IMG/VR virus record: IMGVR_UViG_3300028920_000022
Location: 1 to 64,000 of that record
Strand: one strand, 5' to 3'
Length of the DNA stretch: 64,000 nucleotides
The stretch's first letter is position 1; each line of letters begins with the position of its first letter. A model generated the notes under the pieces. That model searched no databases. It worked only from the letters and a program-made list of their open reading frames with translations, and was not told the DNA's origin. Shown here in pieces: positions 27,501 to 36,497 of this stretch. The position numbers and the translations under genes are program-made.

Positions 27501-27840
27501 CACGAATGATACAATTTCTACAGGAATACTCTTCAATATTGTCGCTGGCTTTTCCAAGCCAGCGAAATGGAGAGCCCTGATACCAGTGCCAAATATTTCC
27601 GGTACATGTTACAGAGAATTTATTTTTACAGTTTGGACAAACAAAAACAATATCAGTAAAACCAAATTTAATTCTTTTCCAGAAAGGGATTTTGTGACCA
27701 ACACGAAGTATTTCTTTTATGGCAAAATCTTTATTCTTAAAAATTTCTTTGTAGTGTAGAGCGTTCAAATCTCCTATGTCGTATGCCCAGCACAACATCT
27801 GTGCCGTTTGTTTTTTAGTTTTTATTTCTTGTGGGGTCAT
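27487..27840 (-). CDS. ZnF-IIE family protein
   Basis: VGH..CPNC..SCRNCIIRDVIE. Confidence 0.8.
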   Translation of the reverse strand: MTPQEIKTKKQTAQMLCWAYDIGDLNALHYKEIFKNKDFAIKEILRVGHKIPFWKRIKFGFTDIVFVCPNCKNKFSVTCTGNIWHWYQGSPFRWLGKASDNIEEYSCRNCIIRDVIE

Positions 27841-28145
27841 TTGATAATATCCTTAATAATCAAATCATCACAACGAGCAGGTTCTGGTGTTTTATGTTCC
27901 ATTGGTCCGCGAACTGGTTTGCATATATAGTCTTGGAAAAATGCGCCAACTCCGTCTAAATATTCGCTAAACAAATATATGTCATTACTATTGTCAACGG
28001 CAAATATATTTTCACACCTTTTGCATTTATAGAAAACATATTCGATGCAACAATCTTTTACATCCGAAGACATTTCAGTACGTACCACATTATGTCCGAG
28101 ATCTTCCATTTCACGGGCAACAAACATGTCCATAAAGGAATTCAT
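27837..28145 (-). CDS. ZnF-IIE family protein
   Basis: LGH..CKRC..RCDDLIIKDIIK. Confidence 0.8.
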   Translation of the reverse strand: MNSFMDMFVAREMEDLGHNVVRTEMSSDVKDCCIEYVFYKCKRCENIFAVDNSNDIYLFSEYLDGVGAFFQDYICKPVRGPMEHKTPEPARCDDLIIKDIIK

Positions 28146-28618
28146 GTGATTATTTCCGCGATATCGTTCATTTTTTCAAGATCGCTGTACTTCATTATCG
28201 AATTAGCGAATTCATTCAACAAATTAAGATCAGCTTGTTGTTCTTCCTGATTACTTTCAAAAATTGGCATAAACAACATTTCATTTTTGTGTGGAAATAA
28301 ACGAACTGTAAAATCTAAATTCAAAGATTTATATTTTTTGTAATTATCAGAAAAGTAATAATAATCTCTTCCGCACAACTCAAAATACTTTTGTTGATTG
28401 TCAACTCGATCTTTGATTATGATCACGTATCGTTTATAAGGTTGCTGTTTGTTACAATAACCACATTTTCTATCGCAACCTATCACGACGGTATGATTCC
28501 AGTTAAGTTCGTGCACATAATATCTATATGGGGTAGAAATTATTCTAAATGTTGATCCATATACTGGCACAAATATAGGCAACGGTGGTTTTGTTTTCAA
28601 CGTAGTGGGGACAATCAT
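28142..28618 (-). CDS. gp32/SSB-core-like domain with IIE tail
   Basis: FRII..YYVH..C...CGYC..RYVIIIKDR; ends DIAEIIT; SSB resemblance by eye. Confidence 0.55.
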   Translation of the reverse strand: MIVPTTLKTKPPLPIFVPVYGSTFRIISTPYRYYVHELNWNHTVVIGCDRKCGYCNKQQPYKRYVIIIKDRVDNQQKYFELCGRDYYYFSDNYKKYKSLNLDFTVRLFPHKNEMLFMPIFESNQEEQQADLNLLNEFANSIMKYSDLEKMNDIAEIIT

Positions 28619-28875
28619 TCGATTATTTCCCGAATAGTTTCTTCGTTTTGGGTAGAAACAATTATTTTAGCATTACGTATGCCCAACTGCCAATCTCTGC
28701 GTACTACAGTTCCGCATCGTATACAAACAAACTTGTCAATAGTATCACCTTCGTTGCATTCAAATTGCCCGTAATATTCCCACACATGACTGCAACCGTT
28801 GTTTAGTTTTTGTTTATCAATATCTGAAAGAGAATTAATACTGTATTGTAGAATGTTCTCGAAAACCAATTTCAT
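28615..28875 (-). CDS. ZnF-IIE family protein
   Basis: CSHVW..CIRCG, ends TIREIIE. Confidence 0.75.
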   Translation of the reverse strand: MKLVFENILQYSINSLSDIDKQKLNNGCSHVWEYYGQFECNEGDTIDKFVCIRCGTVVRRDWQLGIRNAKIIVSTQNEETIREIIE

Positions 28876-29339
28876 TCAATTATGTCCTTGATATCAAGCT
28901 CTTCTTTGGTTAGATAGGTGTGTTGTTGCCAATAATGAACAAATCTGACGGCATCCATTATATTAACAACATTATCGAGTACATTATCAAATGTTTGAAT
29001 AAGAGGAGCTTTGTCACCGAGATTAATCCATTCGTTCCACTGGTCTAGTACCCAAAAACTGGCTTTAGCCAACTTAATTCTTTTTCGGTCACGGGCACGA
29101 TACCAATCTTTTGATAATATTTCCTCTAAACACATGTCAATTTTTTCGCACGACATTTTGTTCCTATCAGTAGTAATAGGACTACGCCCATATCCTACGA
29201 TAATTGTCTGGCTTTGGTTATTATCGCCTATTATTTCTTTACTTTTCCACACACCACACTTATTACATCGAAACAGAATCTGTGTCACATTAGGTGCAAT
29301 GTCGTGCACAACAATTTGTCGAAATGCGTGTTTAGACAT
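28872..29339 (-). CDS. ZnF-IIE family protein with extra domain
   Basis: KHAF..CNKCG..SC, ends LDIKDIIE. Confidence 0.75.
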   Translation of the reverse strand: MSKHAFRQIVVHDIAPNVTQILFRCNKCGVWKSKEIIGDNNQSQTIIVGYGRSPITTDRNKMSCEKIDMCLEEILSKDWYRARDRKRIKLAKASFWVLDQWNEWINLGDKAPLIQTFDNVLDNVVNIMDAVRFVHYWQQHTYLTKEELDIKDIIE

Positions 29340-29826
29340 ACAAATTATTTTCCTTAATATATTTTAGAACAGCTGGAAGCAGGTAGTGTTTGTGATTTTC
29401 AAAATCTTTTCTAATCCGGGTTGATGATATGGAGCTACGTTTTACAGGAAAAAGAGTTACCTCTTTTATAAGATCGGGGTATTTGTGCCAATTAGGAAGA
29501 TCGTGTACTACATCTTCCCCAACCAGTAGATGAATATCATCCATGATGCCCTGTTGACGCAGATACATTACCACATCATAGGAATACACTTTTTGTTTTG
29601 TTTTCTCCGTTAATATTTTCTCTATATCAGAAACCTCTATATTATCGAACGCCAATTTACACATTGCCATTCGGTGTTCAAAAGAAACTAGGCTTTTGCC
29701 ATACGGGTGTTGGTATACAGGGAACACTATAGCACGAGAGAACCCTCTTGCCGCTTGAAAAAGAGCTTCCGTATGTCCTACATGAGGAGGGTTGAAACTA
29801 CCACCAAATATCAATAACTTATTCAC
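29332..29826 (-). CDS. nadD: nicotinate/nicotinamide mononucleotide adenylyltransferase
   Basis: FGGSFNPPHVGH, HRMAM, LVGED..L.NW, ISSTRIR. Confidence 0.92.
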   Translation of the reverse strand: MNKLLIFGGSFNPPHVGHTEALFQAARGFSRAIVFPVYQHPYGKSLVSFEHRMAMCKLAFDNIEVSDIEKILTEKTKQKVYSYDVVMYLRQQGIMDDIHLLVGEDVVHDLPNWHKYPDLIKEVTLFPVKRSSISSTRIRKDFENHKHYLLPAVLKYIKENNLYV

Positions 29827-30203
29827 TCTATTATCGACTTGATGTAGCCTTCTTTATGGCTCATGGTACACGGAAACTTAATTGATGGGTTGTACATTCT
29901 TGTTTCGTAATTTTTTATACTGCCAGCAGAACATGCCCAATCTATCAACTCTTTTTTGTTCCAAGAATGTCTCCCACTTTTAGTTAATTTGGTTATACGA
30001 TAGCGTCTAACAACGTCACCATATCTAATGCCACATTTAACGCAGCAATAGCCAACTTTCGTGTGTTCAAACATATGTGAGTAGTTTTGTTTCCATGTTT
30101 TATCTGTCATGATACAGGGTTTGGTTTTTGCGTACCACCGCGCCATACCACATTTTACACAAAAAGTCCATTGTTTTCCGTAGTGTTTCCATTTATGTTT
30201 CAT
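29823..30203 (-). CDS. ZnF-IIE protein, two zinc knuckles
   Basis: HKW..CVKCG..HMF..CVKCG..PCTMSHKEGYIKSIIE. Confidence 0.8.
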   Translation of the reverse strand: MKHKWKHYGKQWTFCVKCGMARWYAKTKPCIMTDKTWKQNYSHMFEHTKVGYCCVKCGIRYGDVVRRYRITKLTKSGRHSWNKKELIDWACSAGSIKNYETRMYNPSIKFPCTMSHKEGYIKSIIE

Positions 30204-30577
30204 TCGATCACCGATTTGATGTAGCCCTCTTTATGGCTCATGGTACAAGGAATTTTGATTGACGGGGTATGTCTTTTTGGGTACGCACAGCAAGCGATCC
30301 AAGGTGAGCAAGGTTCGTGTTCTCTTTTAATATTATTGAATTTGTAATGCAATACTATATAATGTTTTATTATTTCTGATCGAAGCAGTCCACATTTTAC
30401 ACACCGATGTTTTCCGTTTTGTTTTTCGAACATATGCGGAAAGTTTTGTTTCCATACTGCATCACTCATCGTACAGGGGCGTTTGTTGAATCGATCTTGC
30501 ATTAGACATTTGTAGAAGCCACATTTGACACAAAAAGATGAATCCTTTCCGTACCATTTCCATTTGTGTCGATTCAT
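30200..30577 (-). CDS. ZnF-IIE protein, two zinc knuckles (paralog of 29823)
   Basis: same architecture, PCTMSHKEGYIKSVIE. Confidence 0.8.
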   Translation of the reverse strand: MNRHKWKWYGKDSSFCVKCGFYKCLMQDRFNKRPCTMSDAVWKQNFPHMFEKQNGKHRCVKCGLLRSEIIKHYIVLHYKFNNIKREHEPCSPWIACCAYPKRHTPSIKIPCTMSHKEGYIKSVIE

Positions 30578-30798
30578 TTAATTACCTCAGCAATGCATAT
30601 TTCTCTGCATGGCATTTGACTGGTGTAAAAAGCTTTTTTAGTATTATCCCAATATCTAACCGCGGTTCCCACACCATACATCAATGTGCCACAACTTTTG
30701 CACAAATATGCCTGGTGTTCTTCGTTATATACCAAACGATAATGACCCAACTTTCTAAACAAATGTTTTTGCTGTCTCTGTGGTGGAACAGTTTTCAT
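30574..30798 (-). CDS. ZnF-IIE family protein
   Basis: LGH..CKSCG..PCREICIAEVIK. Confidence 0.8.
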   Translation of the reverse strand: MKTVPPQRQQKHLFRKLGHYRLVYNEEHQAYLCKSCGTLMYGVGTAVRYWDNTKKAFYTSQMPCREICIAEVIK

Positions 30799-31115
30799 TC
30801 TATTATATCTTTTACTAAATAATCGCGACAAGATATTTCGTTTCCTATCCAACGTATGTATCTATGTTTAGAAGTGGACCATACATACAGATCACTATCT
30901 TTTACAAACACTCCGTTTTTTCGATATTCTGTTATTTTGAATAACGCATAACACTTTATACATTTCCAGCATGTTGAAATCTCTGTATACGCATTACCAC
31001 ATACAAAGGCAGTGTCCATAAGCTGGTATGTATATTCGTATTCTACTTCGTGCCCCTCGCACCGAAATAGTGTTGTAAGAGCCTCTACGCTCGGAACCAC
31101 CAAATCGTTGCTCAT
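30795..31115 (-). CDS. ZnF-IIE family protein
   Basis: EGH..CIKC..SCRDYLVKDIIE. Confidence 0.8.
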   Translation of the reverse strand: MSNDLVVPSVEALTTLFRCEGHEVEYEYTYQLMDTAFVCGNAYTEISTCWKCIKCYALFKITEYRKNGVFVKDSDLYVWSTSKHRYIRWIGNEISCRDYLVKDIIE

Positions 31116-31324
31116 GTAATTATTTCTAAACCAGCCAAAGCGCTACATGAAATATAAGATATACGTGCAGCAATTCCTACATTGTCGATATGAGCGGCAC
31201 ATAATTCCCCAGAAGAATTGTTCCAGAAAATAAATCCACAATCGTAGCAATGGTATACATTGTCTACTACTTTGACAAAATCTTTGTGATGATTAACACA
31301 TAGATATTTGGGCAAGTCTGTCAT
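31112..31324 (-). CDS. ZnF-IIE family protein
   Basis: CYDCG..SC..LEIIT. Confidence 0.75.
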   Translation of the reverse strand: MTDLPKYLCVNHHKDFVKVVDNVYHCYDCGFIFWNNSSGELCAAHIDNVGIAARISYISCSALAGLEIIT

Positions 31325-31584
31325 TTTATTATATCCATAATAATCTGGTTCTTACATGTGGTGACGCTAAAATTCCAACTATCTAGATCAAAATTTTTGT
31401 TTGAAGTCACCCATACGCACCCATGGTGTCCAACTGCAAAATACGACAAACACCCCGGACACCAGTATGTGCTGTATGCAAAACTACATTTCTTCACAGA
31501 CGGCTGTATGGCGTGTCCAAGAGATTTGAGATATCGTATCCCTTGTTTTCTGATCGCATAACGTCTGTCTTTAAAGGAAACCAT
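31321..31584 (-). CDS. ZnF-IIE family protein
   Basis: LGH..CPGC..TCKNQIIMDIIK. Confidence 0.8.
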   Translation of the reverse strand: MVSFKDRRYAIRKQGIRYLKSLGHAIQPSVKKCSFAYSTYWCPGCLSYFAVGHHGCVWVTSNKNFDLDSWNFSVTTCKNQIIMDIIK

Positions 31585-31842
31585 TTATTCGATAATATTT
31601 TTGATTATCAACTCTTTGCAAGGAATTTTGGCATTTTCTGTTTGCACATTTCTCCTATGCGAAGGACTATAATATGATCTGGAATAATTTTCTAATTCAA
31701 TTTCGTTGTTCCAATTAATCGTGAAAAAATAATCGCATTTTACACAATGGAATTGTCTTTCGGCAACATATTCTACATCATGTCCCAACTTTTTAAGTTG
31801 GCGCAAAGGTGCGTCTCTGCCGGTAGAAAAGAAGCTTGTCAT
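31585..31842 (-). CDS. ZnF-IIE family protein
   Basis: LGH..CVKC..PCKELIIKNIIE. Confidence 0.8.
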   Translation of the reverse strand: MTSFFSTGRDAPLRQLKKLGHDVEYVAERQFHCVKCDYFFTINWNNEIELENYSRSYYSPSHRRNVQTENAKIPCKELIIKNIIE

Positions 31843-32078
31843 TCGATAATGTCCATTACAATCATTTCGCTACATTTCATTCCGGCAAACTTGCTAGTTG
31901 CTACACTAGATTGCCCGTCCGATATAGTAAAATATACATCGTTGTTTGGTACAATTACAGCCTGAAAACGATTTACCACAAACTGAAATCCACAGTTACG
32001 ACATCGCATGGTAGGGTCAATGTCGTGTCCTAGGTTTTTTAATTGACGTAGCACTAGGTTTTCAAAATATTTTTGCAT
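31839..32078 (-). CDS. ZnF-IIE family protein
   Basis: LGH..CRNCG..KCSEMIVMDIIE; start uncertain. Confidence 0.75.
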   Translation of the reverse strand: MQKYFENLVLRQLKNLGHDIDPTMRCRNCGFQFVVNRFQAVIVPNNDVYFTISDGQSSVATSKFAGMKCSEMIVMDIIE

Positions 32079-32116
32079 AACGTAGCTTATAACACAGTTG
32101 CGCAATAATTGCAACA

Positions 32117-32350
32117 CTATTCGATAATATTTTTGATCACCAGCTCGTCGCATGTTTCTCCGTTGTAATCAGCGAATTTATAAAAATAATCTGGGAAAAC
32201 ACCAAAAGCTCGTGAGCTTACACCAATAGAATTGAAACGAATTGAAAAATAATATCCACATTTGTTACAAAAATATAAATCACACTTTATGTGTGGTGTT
32301 AAATGGTGTCCTCTCATGCGTAGGAAATCTATGTTCTGATCAATCTTCAC
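32117..32350 (-). CDS. ZnF-IIE family protein
   Basis: RGH..CNKCG..TCDELVIKNIIE. Confidence 0.8.
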   Translation of the reverse strand: MKIDQNIDFLRMRGHHLTPHIKCDLYFCNKCGYYFSIRFNSIGVSSRAFGVFPDYFYKFADYNGETCDELVIKNIIE

Positions 32351-32805
32351 TCGATTATGTCCTGTATTTCCGATAGATGATTAAGGTGTTCTAGTCGAAG
32401 ATTAAGATTTTCCGTATAATGACGAAATCTATCGACTTCAGATTGCATCTCGTTGATGGCGTTTTCTATGTATATTTTTTGTTCTATTGGATTCCAATAT
32501 ACACTATCATCCTTGACAGGTAATAATATACGACTACCATCAAATCCTCTACCGGATGCGGTTGTTGACCACCGATCGTGCCAGGGTCGGTTGTCTACCC
32601 TGATATCAATTGTACCAATTGATGCGTTTCTCTCCTCAAAATATGGCACTATAACATAGGCGTATATTTTCTCTTTTGGTAGCCACAACCTGCTTACCAT
32701 AGGATTCTCCAGCCAACGTGCGCCAGGCAGCGGCTCTACGTCTTCCGGCACAGAAATGATGTCAAAGTCGTCACCAAAAAGAGTAACACAATCATAAACT
32801 CTCAT
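32347..32805 (-). CDS. IIE-tail protein without zinc finger
   Basis: ends EIQDIIE after a coiled coil. Confidence 0.7.
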   Translation of the reverse strand: MRVYDCVTLFGDDFDIISVPEDVEPLPGARWLENPMVSRLWLPKEKIYAYVIVPYFEERNASIGTIDIRVDNRPWHDRWSTTASGRGFDGSRILLPVKDDSVYWNPIEQKIYIENAINEMQSEVDRFRHYTENLNLRLEHLNHLSEIQDIIE

Positions 32806-33035
32806 GTAATTATCTCCCAAATATAAGTATCCTTACAAGGAATATCGGTACAATTGGGGTCTCCATATCTAAACCTTCCTTTTGAATCTAAAATCCTTGC
32901 ATACAGTATACCTTCTCCGTCTGTATCGAATTCACGCTTGCATTCCGTACATTTGTATACTATTCGTCCGGAAGTGGAATCTACAGTAATGGTATGTCCC
33001 TTGTTTTTCAAGTATGTAACCCATGGGCTATTCAT
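32802..33035 (-). CDS. ZnF-IIE family protein
   Basis: KGH..CTEC..PCKDTYIWEIIT. Confidence 0.8.
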   Translation of the reverse strand: MNSPWVTYLKNKGHTITVDSTSGRIVYKCTECKREFDTDGEGILYARILDSKGRFRYGDPNCTDIPCKDTYIWEIIT

Positions 33036-33280
33036 TTGATAATATCCCTTACTATAAAGTCATCACAGGTTTTTAAATTAGGACCACTTAATATTGTCCC
33101 ACCCGCCGGGCTGTAACAAATGTATGCCATATTTGTTTCTCCGATAGCAAGTATATAAATGCGCCTGTTTAATTTTTGTATTCTAAATTTATGATTGCAA
33201 TTAGAGCAAACCAAATGTTGTGGTGTTCCACTAATATTGTGACCACGGTCTTCTAAAAATATTTGCCAGAGTTTTTTCAT
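33032..33280 (-). CDS. ZnF-IIE family protein
   Basis: RGH..CSNC..TCDDFIVRDIIK. Confidence 0.8.
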   Translation of the reverse strand: MKKLWQIFLEDRGHNISGTPQHLVCSNCNHKFRIQKLNRRIYILAIGETNMAYICYSPAGGTILSGPNLKTCDDFIVRDIIK

Positions 33281-33314
33281 TCGAGTCTTTTTGTTTTTAT
33301 TTTGTAATTTACTT

Positions 33315-33725
33315 ATGACTCATAACATTTATTCGGGAACTGCTACTCAGCCAATAGCAGCTTATCCTACAGTAAACGGCGGAAACGTTACTATAACGGC
33401 TGGAACCACAACCAGTTGGAATTCTGGTAATACAATCGTTGTGGGTGGAATGACTACTGATGGGTACATGAATTTTGCCGCGCAAGAAACAAAAACAATC
33501 ACCGAGGAAATTAAGCCGTGGAAAAGATTATGGTGTTCTATTTTCGGACACAAAGAGGTAAAACCACAAAATTCAGTTTCCATATATGTAATGGATAACG
33601 ATGGAAATAGATATCAAAAAGATTTCAAGTGTTGTTCTAGGTGCGGATTGTACGAAAAGTATTCTATTGAAAGGGCTGTTCCCTTGACCGAAAACGAACA
33701 AATTATCAAAGATATTATAACTTGA
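33315..33725 (+). CDS. inverted ZnF-IIE protein (C-x3-GH..CSRC type)
   Basis: start MTHNIY; WCSIFGH..CSRCG; ends QIIKDIIT. Confidence 0.7.
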   Translation: MTHNIYSGTATQPIAAYPTVNGGNVTITAGTTTSWNSGNTIVVGGMTTDGYMNFAAQETKTITEEIKPWKRLWCSIFGHKEVKPQNSVSIYVMDNDGNRYQKDFKCCSRCGLYEKYSIERAVPLTENEQIIKDIIT

Positions 33726-34020
33726 GGTTTTTGTTTTCCTTTTGTAAGAAGTCTTCTACTTCTTCCATATCTTCGTTAGTATAATTGGTGTCTATTCTAG
33801 TTTTCGGTTGAACAATTTTTTGTGCGATAACACTAGTAAGTTTGGAAAGACCCGTTGGTATTACGGCGATAATTAAGAAAAACAATGCAAGTGGCCAAAG
33901 TATCATAGTCATAGCCAACTCTTCGTCATCATCTGTTGGACGTTCGTGTCGCAAATCGTACCAACGCATTATAACACCTACAGGAATTATACCAGCCAAC
34001 CAAATTATCAAGAAAATCAT
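33715..34020 (-). CDS. two-TM membrane protein
   Basis: TM helices, ILWPL motif. Confidence 0.7.
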   Translation of the reverse strand: MIFLIIWLAGIIPVGVIMRWYDLRHERPTDDDEELAMTMILWPLALFFLIIAVIPTGLSKLTSVIAQKIVQPKTRIDTNYTNEDMEEVEDFLQKENKNLKL

Positions 34021-34286
34021 TTTATTACCTCGCGGATAATGAAATCTTTGCAGCTAATCATACGTCTTGCGAAAATTCCCTTATGTTCGTAGCCGGGGTT
34101 CACCTTTGATATCACAAATTCATCAGGATATTTTATTTTTCTTTTGTTTGTCTTAAGAGCGATCATGCTACATTTTCTACAATGATAATATTGTGCTTGG
34201 TAGGCAATATATGCAAGCCTATCTCCGGCAAGCTTTTCTAATTCTTTATAAGAAATCTTTCTAAAACGATGACCAAGAAGATTCAT
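34017..34286 (-). CDS. ZnF-IIE family protein
   Basis: LGH..CRKC..SCKDFIIREVIK. Confidence 0.8.
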   Translation of the reverse strand: MNLLGHRFRKISYKELEKLAGDRLAYIAYQAQYYHCRKCSMIALKTNKRKIKYPDEFVISKVNPGYEHKGIFARRMISCKDFIIREVIK

Positions 34287-34528
34287 TCTATTATCCCGCG
34301 AATAATACAATTGTTACAATTCATAGTGTCGTCTAATGGTTTTAGTTCGTAAAATCCGTTGCACCTTGACGCCTTCAACTGTGACTCTTTGTCGTATACA
34401 ATCAAGCCACACGTTTCACACCTGTAATAATCGCAACAAGATGGTATGGTTCCCGACCCTTGTTTATGAAAAATTTTTAGCACCACACCCCTTTCTATCG
34501 GAGAAAAGTTGTGCCCAAACATTTTCAT
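34283..34528 (-). CDS. ZnF-IIE family protein
   Basis: FGH..CETCG..CNNCIIRGIIE. Confidence 0.8.
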   Translation of the reverse strand: MKMFGHNFSPIERGVVLKIFHKQGSGTIPSCCDYYRCETCGLIVYDKESQLKASRCNGFYELKPLDDTMNCNNCIIRGIIE

Positions 34529-34764
34529 ACGATTATATCTTCCACGATGTAATCAGCACAGGTTAATGTTCCATCATAATCGTTCCAAAAACTAATAGTT
34601 GGATAGGTTAATATTTGTACTTTTCCGTTGTAAATTCTAAAACATCGTCCACAATTTCCGCAAGTTATTCCTAAACCAAACACCATATGATTAATAGAAA
34701 ATTTTCCATGACCATATTCTTGTAACCACATGATCCATAGATTGTCTATAATTTGGTCTGTCAC
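34525..34764 (-). CDS. ZnF-IIE family protein
   Basis: YGH..CGNCG..TCADYIVEDIIV. Confidence 0.8.
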   Translation of the reverse strand: MTDQIIDNLWIMWLQEYGHGKFSINHMVFGLGITCGNCGRCFRIYNGKVQILTYPTISFWNDYDGTLTCADYIVEDIIV

Positions 34765-35024
34765 GTCAAAACTTCTTTTATAACTATTTCAGCGCAAGGT
34801 GTGTTTGGTTTGATGTCGTATCTGGTTTTGTAACTGTTTTGATATAAGTTTATCACATAGGTTCCATCATAATCAGTGGTGCCTACGCAAAAATGATAGC
34901 CACATGTTTCGCATTTGTACACTATTCTGTCGTCATAATCGTCTTCAGCATGCCAAAATCTACGTTTCCCAATTTTGGTCAAGACATGACCTAAAGACTC
35001 TAATTTTTCTTTTTCTATTCTCAT
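34761..35024 (-). CDS. ZnF-IIE family protein
   Basis: LGH..CETCG..PCAEIVIKEVLT; alternative start 35057. Confidence 0.75.
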   Translation of the reverse strand: MRIEKEKLESLGHVLTKIGKRRFWHAEDDYDDRIVYKCETCGYHFCVGTTDYDGTYVINLYQNSYKTRYDIKPNTPCAEIVIKEVLT

Positions 35025-35053
35025 GTTATTACCGCTGTGACTATCCCAAGCAC

Positions 35054-35311
35054 TCATTTGATTACGTCTTCCACACAAACATCGTTGCAAAGTGGTAGAA
35101 ACCCACCATCTATTTCAGATCCTTTTATGTACAAACAATCCAAGCGCTTGAAACGATGGGTTTCTATTCTTACATAAAATGTTTCAAATGGGCTGTATAT
35201 GCCGAATACACATCCACAAATAACACATTCCCAGTACGTTTTGTTGTATTGCAAATCATGACCGTGCAGTTCAATAACACTTATTGCGTGTTTTAGTTGT
35301 ATGTCGTTCAT
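35054..35311 (-). CDS. ZnF-IIE family protein
   Basis: HGH..CVICG..LCNDVCVEDVIK. Confidence 0.8.
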   Translation of the reverse strand: MNDIQLKHAISVIELHGHDLQYNKTYWECVICGCVFGIYSPFETFYVRIETHRFKRLDCLYIKGSEIDGGFLPLCNDVCVEDVIK

Positions 35312-35520
35312 TCTATTACGTCTTTGATACAAAGCAAATTGCACTCAAGTAGTTTCTTGGTTTTTACAATTCTGCCTTGGTATATAGCGTTGAATGATTT
35401 TGTTGGAGCACCGCGTCCTTTGAACATTTCTGTTCCACAATTCTCGCAGGTATACCATTCAAATTTGCTGTTTGTTCTTGTGTGGCGCAACAAGTGCCCT
35501 TTGTATTTGATAACTATCAA
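35308..35520 (-). CDS. ZnF-IIE family protein
   Basis: KGH..CENCG..ECNLLCIKDVIE. Confidence 0.8.
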   Translation of the reverse strand: MIVIKYKGHLLRHTRTNSKFEWYTCENCGTEMFKGRGAPTKSFNAIYQGRIVKTKKLLECNLLCIKDVIE

Positions 35521-35720
35521 TGTTCGATTATGTGTTTGATTATGTATTCATTGCAATTGATTTTTTCAATAAGTGTACCCAACAGCGGGTGCACTTTTTT
35601 ATCCTCGGTGAAAATTGATAATTTGAATGTGCCATCGATAGTTTTGTAGAATACTAAGCCACAATTTTCGCACTTAAACAGATCGTGGCCTCTGTATAAC
35701 TTTAGATCATGCCCGTTCAT
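35517..35720 (-). CDS. ZnF-IIE family protein
   Basis: NGH..CENCG..NCNEYIIKHIIEH. Confidence 0.8.
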   Translation of the reverse strand: MNGHDLKLYRGHDLFKCENCGLVFYKTIDGTFKLSIFTEDKKVHPLLGTLIEKINCNEYIIKHIIEH

Positions 35721-35929
35721 TTGATTATGCTCTGAATGAGAAATTCGTTACAGGTTATAAGTCCAAAATGACACTCTTCACACATATCTTCCGTATAAAC
35801 AATAACCTTATTTCCAAACGTATAAAACATATTATTAAACCGGAAGTCTGCGCAAATACCACAGGTTTTGCATTTATAACACCAGTCTTCGTCCGTTGCC
35901 TCCCAACTATGAGTGTCCCAAGCGTTCAT
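35717..35929 (-). CDS. ZnF-IIE family protein
   Basis: DTH..CKTCG..TCNEFLIQSIIK. Confidence 0.8.
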   Translation of the reverse strand: MNAWDTHSWEATDEDWCYKCKTCGICADFRFNNMFYTFGNKVIVYTEDMCEECHFGLITCNEFLIQSIIK

Positions 35930-36285
35930 TCTAAATTCCTTAACAAATCTTCCACTTCTTGTGGAGATCTGGTTTCTGACGCTTTGGTTCGGCATTTTTG
36001 AAACAATTCTTTTCTGTTTTTGTATTCTTTCCTACACAACTTTGGCATTTGTCCAGACGCTATTCCTCCCAGCACATTAGATACTACCGACTTATCCCAT
36101 AAGGTGAAAGACAGAACCCACACCATATCGCTAACTTCTAATCTAGAATCTTCGTTGGCAGTTTTGATTAGTTCTTCAATTTCTACAAAATTTTGTGCTT
36201 CCGTTAAATCGTCTATGGTTTCAAGCAGAAAATCAATTTTTTCTGTACTGGTTTCTAACGCAAAATATTTGTCCCAAAAATTCAT
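35926..36285 (-). CDS. non-family helical protein inserted in the array
   Basis: ATGA-coupled on both sides, no motif. Confidence 0.7.
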   Translation of the reverse strand: MNFWDKYFALETSTEKIDFLLETIDDLTEAQNFVEIEELIKTANEDSRLEVSDMVWVLSFTLWDKSVVSNVLGGIASGQMPKLCRKEYKNRKELFQKCRTKASETRSPQEVEDLLRNLE

Positions 36286-36497
36286 TCGATTATTTCCCTG
36301 ATCAGAAAATCGTTGCAACTCACTTCAGATAATAGTTTTCCACCAAATGGTTGATTCAAATATATATTCCTAGAAACGAAATATGCACCGTTTTTATAAA
36401 TTTTATCATGCCAAACTACAATACCACACACATCACATTTGTAATATTCTAAATCTCCCAAGTACTCCGCATCAAAACGTCTAAGTTTGTGAGTCAT
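36282..36497 (-). CDS. ZnF-IIE family protein
   Basis: THKL..CDVCG..SCNDFLIREIIE. Confidence 0.8.
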   Translation of the reverse strand: MTHKLRRFDAEYLGDLEYYKCDVCGIVVWHDKIYKNGAYFVSRNIYLNQPFGGKLLSEVSCNDFLIREIIE

